Shown piece after piece: positions 59,911 to 64,000 of a stretch of 64,000 nt of DNA; position 1 is the stretch's first letter; each line of letters opens with the position of its first letter. Below the pieces are notes generated by a model, which was not told the origin of the DNA, did no database searches, and saw only the letters and a program-made list of their open reading frames with translations. Origin of the DNA: a virus; the IMG/VR virus record IMGVR_UViG_3300022907_000005, positions 32,484-96,483 of that record; one strand, written 5' to 3'. The translations under genes and the position numbers were made by a program.

Positions 59911-60746
59911 TCGTGTATGTATTCGATCACATCAAATTCAGCTTTGATGTAAGGTAGCTCGCATTTAGTTTTTTCTACTTCACCTTTTCTATCAAATTCA
60001 AAAACAAATGGGTGCCCAAATGCCTCTGCTATTTCTAAAATTGTCTTAGGATCTCCTGCACCTAAATGAACCCAAGGAGGACGTTTTCCGTCGTGTGTTA
60101 GCAATAACTTTACGATGCCAGTAACAACATCAGTAACATAGGTAAAGTCTCTTTCTTTTCTACCATTGCCGTATATGTGTAGAGGTTCACCTTTTTTAAT
60201 TTGATTTTTGAATGCACGGACAACAGTGCTATGTTCACCGTAGTCAGCTTCTCTGGGACCGTAGACGTTGTAAAAATACAACAGATGCGATTGCACCTGA
60301 TACAATTTTTTGTACAGCCTCAGTGTTTCTTCCGCGAGAGTCTTACCGAACGTATAAGGATTTGCATACGGCGTACCTTGCAATCTACTAGATGACTGCG
60401 CAAAAAACACAGGGCACTCCCAATGTCTCGCCCATTCACATACTGATACTGTAGGACCCACATTATTCATAATAGAATCTGCTGGTTCTTGCATTGACAG
60501 CCTGACTCTAGGCGTATTCGCTAAGTGTATGATGCCATCAACTTGAGGAGTAGTCTCTTCAAACTTCACATCCTGAACTGCGCAATGAAGGTATTGCACA
60601 TAATTACTCTGTACAATATGTTCACCGTTTCGCTTATCGTCTACAACTGTGACATAACATTCCATTGCTGCAAGTGCTTCAACTAAATGCGAGCCTATAA
60701 AACCACATCCACCTGTAACGATGTAATGTGTCATGTTAAAAGCCAT
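59892..60746 (-). CDS. NAD-dependent nucleotide-sugar epimerase/dehydratase
   Basis: VTGGCGFIGSHL, PYTFGK (YxxxK), FYNVYGP and RDFTYVTD motifs. Confidence 0.92.
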   Translation of the reverse strand: MAFNMTHYIVTGGCGFIGSHLVEALAAMECYVTVVDDKRNGEHIVQSNYVQYLHCAVQDVKFEETTPQVDGIIHLANTPRVRLSMQEPADSIMNNVGPTVSVCEWARHWECPVFFAQSSSRLQGTPYANPYTFGKTLAEETLRLYKKLYQVQSHLLYFYNVYGPREADYGEHSTVVRAFKNQIKKGEPLHIYGNGRKERDFTYVTDVVTGIVKLLLTHDGKRPPWVHLGAGDPKTILEIAEAFGHPFVFEFDRKGEVEKTKCELPYIKAEFDVIEYIHEWKVRQ

Positions 60747-60748
60747 AA

Positions 60749-61306
60749 TTAACGCCTATAAAATATATGATTGTCTGCAACCATTACCATCTCCATACTG
60801 TCTTTCCAGTAAGGCTCTACATACTTAGCATGATAAAACAGAGATCCTTCTGTAGTATCAATGCCTGCATTATACACTATTTCAGCAACATCGAACACCT
60901 TTTTGTATACAGACTGGTCGGCTACAAAATCTGGTTTGCCATCACAATACCAACTAAATTGACATTTGTTTCTCAGTGGAACTTTCTTACCATGCGCCTC
61001 TTCCCACCATTTAGAATACTGTGCTTGATAAACAACCTCGCACACTGTATTCGGAAACCTAGATGATTTCACCCTGTTCAAGGTAACACTAGCAACAGCA
61101 ACCTGTCCAGTGATTGTCTCTCCTCTAGCCTCATGATATATGTTGAGTGCTAGGCAAACTACTTCGGGGTTTATTGGAGTGGGTACAATGTATGTCGCCT
61201 TGGTTGCAATTGGAACTGGAGACAATTCTTTTCGAGGATCTACTTTTTCGCCTTGACAAGAAAAGCACCCGAGCAGTATGATAAAAATCATAAGACCTGT
61301 ACGCAT
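60749..61306 (-). CDS. SleB/Hydrolase_2 cell-wall hydrolase with an N-terminal signal
   Basis: CLALNIYHEARGE, VTLNRV, CQFSWYCDG, FYHA.YV.P.W and HIFY motifs; hydrophobic N-terminus containing LLGC. Confidence 0.9.
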   Translation of the reverse strand: MRTGLMIFIILLGCFSCQGEKVDPRKELSPVPIATKATYIVPTPINPEVVCLALNIYHEARGETITGQVAVASVTLNRVKSSRFPNTVCEVVYQAQYSKWWEEAHGKKVPLRNKCQFSWYCDGKPDFVADQSVYKKVFDVAEIVYNAGIDTTEGSLFYHAKYVEPYWKDSMEMVMVADNHIFYRR

Positions 61307-61338
61307 TAGATTGCTCCTTTAACGTAAGAAATTGGGTT

Positions 61339-61670
61339 GCCTCTCCTTTTGGTAACAAGGCGAGAGACTCTCCCCGCTAACTTATGCAGCTAGTTGATAA
61401 ACGTCATCGTTTGCGTTTAGATTGTTTGCTTCTCAGTTTTACAGCCTTCTGCCTTGGCTGGCTCTCCACGCATCTACTACACCCTGTCGAAACCTGACTC
61501 CCCCATCAAAAACAAACTGCCTGCGGTATCTGCCTCCGCGTAACCACGCGTTCGTGGTAACTTAGTCTTTTCGTAGCTTTGCCACTTCTAGTTCAAGACA
61601 GTTTGCTTTTGGTGGAGGAGGGGGGAATCGAACCCCCGTCCAGTATGCCATCAAATTGCTTCATCAAGCT
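61339..61670 (-). ncRNA. ssrA: Circularly permuted (two-piece) tmRNA
   Basis: The acceptor piece ends GGACGGGGGTTCGATTCCCCCCTCCTCCACCA at 61610. It is followed by a 105-nt intervening segment. The coding piece starts GGGGGAGTCAGGTTTCGAC at 61504. The 7-bp acceptor stem has G3:U70, and the tag ANDDVYQLAA* is at 61414-61382. Outer ends are approximate. Confidence 0.93.
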
Positions 61671-61673
61671 ATG

Positions 61674-61707
61674 TATTTATAATACGATATACGGAGCGGT
61701 TAGTCAA
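61674..61707 (-). promoter_or_regulatory. Overlapping sigma70 and T4 late promoters for the tmRNA
   Basis: TTGACT (61707-61702), N17, TATTAT (61684-61679); TATAAATA at 61681-61674. Confidence 0.75.
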
Positions 61708-62359
61708 TATCTATTTTCATTTTTTGGTACTCTTCAGTCCATTTATCGCTGTACATTGTGTTTTCGTAACCTTCAAACCAAGGACCGCCATCAGTATAAT
61801 GTATTGCTTTAGGATTGTCAAGCAAATAATAGTCATCTAAGCAGTTCCAGTCAAGTGATAATGATCCGATGTTTTCGGTCCAATTGAATTGATGAAAATC
61901 TAACCCAGGCTTATGATTGTTGAGATACTCTGGTCTGAGTTGTTTACAATCAGGATGTGCGTTGTTGAACACCATAAGACTCGCCCAGTTCTTTCTATAG
62001 TAACTGTTCTGAGTCATCGAATCCATCTTCTTATGTGAATTGGGTATGTATCGAGGATGTTGCGCACACCAAACTGCTTTTGACTGATCAGCTATTGCAA
62101 TATCAATCAGTTCTTCAGGGTCTGCTAAAAACAGAAAATCACAGTCAACAAATATTGAATACCCTGTGTATCTTGAAAGATACGGCACCCAGAATCGAGT
62201 GAATGTAAAATCTGTAGACTGGCGATCACCCGATCTCGTATATAGGTCAATATCTTTACTGTAAAGTTTGCGAGTGTCTATGACGCTGCGACTTTCAATA
62301 GAGAATTTACATACCTCGTAAGCAATATCTTCACAAGGATCATAGCCTATGTAAATCAT
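61700..62359 (-). CDS. GT-A glycosyltransferase (GT8-like)
   Basis: IYIGYD, STDFTFTRF, FVDCDFL (DxD), RKNWASLM and HYTDGGPWF motifs. Confidence 0.82.
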   Translation of the reverse strand: MIYIGYDPCEDIAYEVCKFSIESRSVIDTRKLYSKDIDLYTRSGDRQSTDFTFTRFWVPYLSRYTGYSIFVDCDFLFLADPEELIDIAIADQSKAVWCAQHPRYIPNSHKKMDSMTQNSYYRKNWASLMVFNNAHPDCKQLRPEYLNNHKPGLDFHQFNWTENIGSLSLDWNCLDDYYLLDNPKAIHYTDGGPWFEGYENTMYSDKWTEEYQKMKIDID

Positions 62360-63519
62360 CCCTCATAAGTCTCTGGGTCAGATAAAAGCAAATCACATAT
62401 GTCTTCTGCTATTTGTTCACACTCTTCAACGGTAAACCCAAGTGTTGTGATTGCCGCAGTTCCTAAACGAATGCCACTAGTCTCAGTAAATGATCTAGGG
62501 TCGTTGGGTACGCCATTCTTGTTTACTGTGATTCCTTCCTCTTCTAACAGATCAGCGGCTGCTCTACCACTCCAAGGAGTGTCGCTTAGATCCATAAGTA
62601 TGATGTGACTATCAGTCCCCTCTGTAAGCACCTTTAAACCATTGTCCATGAACACGTTTGCCATAGCTTGTGCGTTATCAATTACATCCTGCGCATATTC
62701 ATCAAAGTTCTTGGTGTTCGCTTCAATAAAGCATTGTGCCTTTGCTGCAATAACATGCATGAGAGGACCACCTTGTGTTCCAGGGAAAATTGCACTATTG
62801 ATCTTTCGCGTGTATTCTTCAGTGTTCCAAAGAATTATTCCTCCCCTAGGTCCACGCAAAGTTTTATGTGTTGTAGAAGTAACAACATCTGCATAAGGCA
62901 CGGGATTAGGATATGCGCCGCCTGCAATCAAGCCGCTGTAGTGAGCCATATCTACTAACAAGTACGCACCTACTGAATCAGCAATCTCCCTGAATCTACT
63001 CCAGTCGATAACTCTAGGATATGCGCTTGCACCCGCGACAATCATCTGTGGCTGTACTTCGTGTGCTTGTGCTGCAATAGCATCATAGTCTAAGAACCCA
63101 TCATCATCAACCCCATATGAGAATGAGTCATAGATCTTGCCTGAGAGATTCACCTTCGCGCCATGTGATAGATGTCCTCCGCTGGCAAGATCCATGCCCA
63201 AAATTTTGTCTCCAGGTTTTAGAAATGCCTGATAGACTGCTGTGTTTGCATTCGCGCCGCAGTGTGGTTGAACATTTGCAAACTTACTACCAAAGAGCAA
63301 TTTAGCTTGCTCAATAGCAAGTGTCTCAATGTCGTCCATGTTTTCACAGCCGTTATAGTAACGTTTGCCTGGATACCCTTCAGCATACTTGTTTGTAAAT
63401 ACTGACCCACACAAATCCATAACAGCTTGCGAGGCAAAATTCTCGCTTGCGATAAGTTCGATATCCATTCCCTGCCGCGTCTTTTCTTTCTCTAGAATTT
63501 TACCTATTCTGGCATCCAT
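62356..63519 (-). CDS. glyA: Serine hydroxymethyltransferase
   Basis: ELIASEN, NKYAEGYPGKRYY, GGHLSHG, DMAH, TTHKTLRGPRGG (PLP lysine) and SGIRLGT motifs. Confidence 0.98.
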   Translation of the reverse strand: MDARIGKILEKEKTRQGMDIELIASENFASQAVMDLCGSVFTNKYAEGYPGKRYYNGCENMDDIETLAIEQAKLLFGSKFANVQPHCGANANTAVYQAFLKPGDKILGMDLASGGHLSHGAKVNLSGKIYDSFSYGVDDDGFLDYDAIAAQAHEVQPQMIVAGASAYPRVIDWSRFREIADSVGAYLLVDMAHYSGLIAGGAYPNPVPYADVVTSTTHKTLRGPRGGIILWNTEEYTRKINSAIFPGTQGGPLMHVIAAKAQCFIEANTKNFDEYAQDVIDNAQAMANVFMDNGLKVLTEGTDSHIILMDLSDTPWSGRAAADLLEEEGITVNKNGVPNDPRSFTETSGIRLGTAAITTLGFTVEECEQIAEDICDLLLSDPETYEG

Positions 63520-64000
63520 ATAACAGTTCCTTTTTTTCTATGTTGATGCAATTTATACATTGATTTTAGTGTGCGATTTGCAGCTTCCTGTTGTAAGGTG
63601 TTGTCCATAGCAAACTTGCTAAGAACTACTGCATTCGGAAATGATCTTTCTGTCAATTTGCGATTGCCTGATATTATCACAGACGGTACACCCAAGAATC
63701 TTGCTAACCACATAGCTGACCCGTGATAGCCAATTGCAAGTTTTGTGTGCAACAAAGTTTTTATTGCATCTGCAAGCGGTGTCTGATAATCGACAAATTT
63801 TTTATTCTCAAAGTTGTCGTAGATAGTGCTCCAATCACTTACTGGATCTTTCCATAACTTAGCTGAAGGTATAGGATAATCAGTAAAAGGAACTTTGTTT
63901 TGTTCTGTAGTTATGAATGTAACATAGTCTCCACGCCTAGACGCATTGCCAGGCTGCATCCAGTTATTAGATGCTAATCTGTAATTATGAAATTTATGCC
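63504..64000 (-). CDS. Partial GT-B (GT9-like) glycosyltransferase C-terminus; 5' end lies outside the window
   Basis: The frame is open to the window edge; AIGYHGSAMWLARFLGVPSVII resembles the GT9 DSG..HLA.A.G.P motif. Confidence 0.5.
   Translation of the reverse strand, partial: HKFHNYRLASNNWMQPGNASRRGDYVTFITTEQNKVPFTDYPIPSAKLWKDPVSDWSTIYDNFENKKFVDYQTPLADAIKTLLHTKLAIGYHGSAMWLARFLGVPSVIISGNRKLTERSFPNAVVLSKFAMDNTLQQEAANRTLKSMYKLHQHRKKGTVIWMPE

Noticed and set aside
61610-61645. Stand-alone tRNA or attP-type tRNA fragment
   Set aside because: There is no D-arm or anticodon arm upstream. The matching 5' acceptor strand and the tag frame lie downstream, which fits a permuted tmRNA. No integrase is nearby.
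61131-61812. Small ORFs 61131-61358 and 61579-61812
   Set aside because: They overlap the hydrolase, tmRNA and GT genes and show no coding signal.
1-64000. Alternative genetic code (stop-codon reassignment)
   Set aside because: Core genes translate to full length in the standard code, and TAA, TGA and TAG all occur as genuine stops.

Overview
The window is 64 kb of a T4-like myovirus genome of the marine type (architecture resembling cyanophages and pelagiphages), in the standard genetic code. It carries almost the whole virion morphogenesis block. Reading the minus strand from about 53.4 kb leftward: baseplate genes (gp48, gp53, a gp27-like hub, gp5, gp25, gp6, gp7-like, gp8), a 2194-aa VrlC-like structural protein, fibre genes, neck (gp13-15), terminase (gp16/17), sheath and tube (gp18/19), portal (gp20), prohead core/protease/scaffold, major capsid gp23, gp3, uvsY and uvsW. 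A plus-strand block holds gp4, gp2, gp54-like, gp26/gp51 and a tape-measure candidate. To its right lie gp32, gp59, gp33 and accessory genes (epimerase, cell-wall hydrolase, glyA, glycosyltransferases). T4 late promoters (TATAAATA) and UUCG-loop terminators are frequent. Four points stand out. (1) There is a circularly permuted, two-piece tmRNA gene at 61.3-61.7 kb with a G3:U70 acceptor stem, the tag ANDDVYQLAA, and overlapping sigma70 and phage late promoters. (2) An 8-gene modification island sits inside the tail genes: five glycosyltransferases, two methyltransferase-fold proteins and an oxygenase-like protein. One of the GTs is fused to an apparently dead radical-SAM/SPASM domain. The island adjoins a fibre-like protein with 40 tandem Y/F-T/S/A-G-x repeats, so it is a candidate virion-fibre glycosylation system. 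(3) A -1 slippery site probably fuses gp26 to a start-less gp51 just upstream of the tape-measure gene. (4) The gp5 spike lacks a lysozyme domain and ends in an HxH tip. All protein calls come from recognised motifs and synteny; no database search was run.
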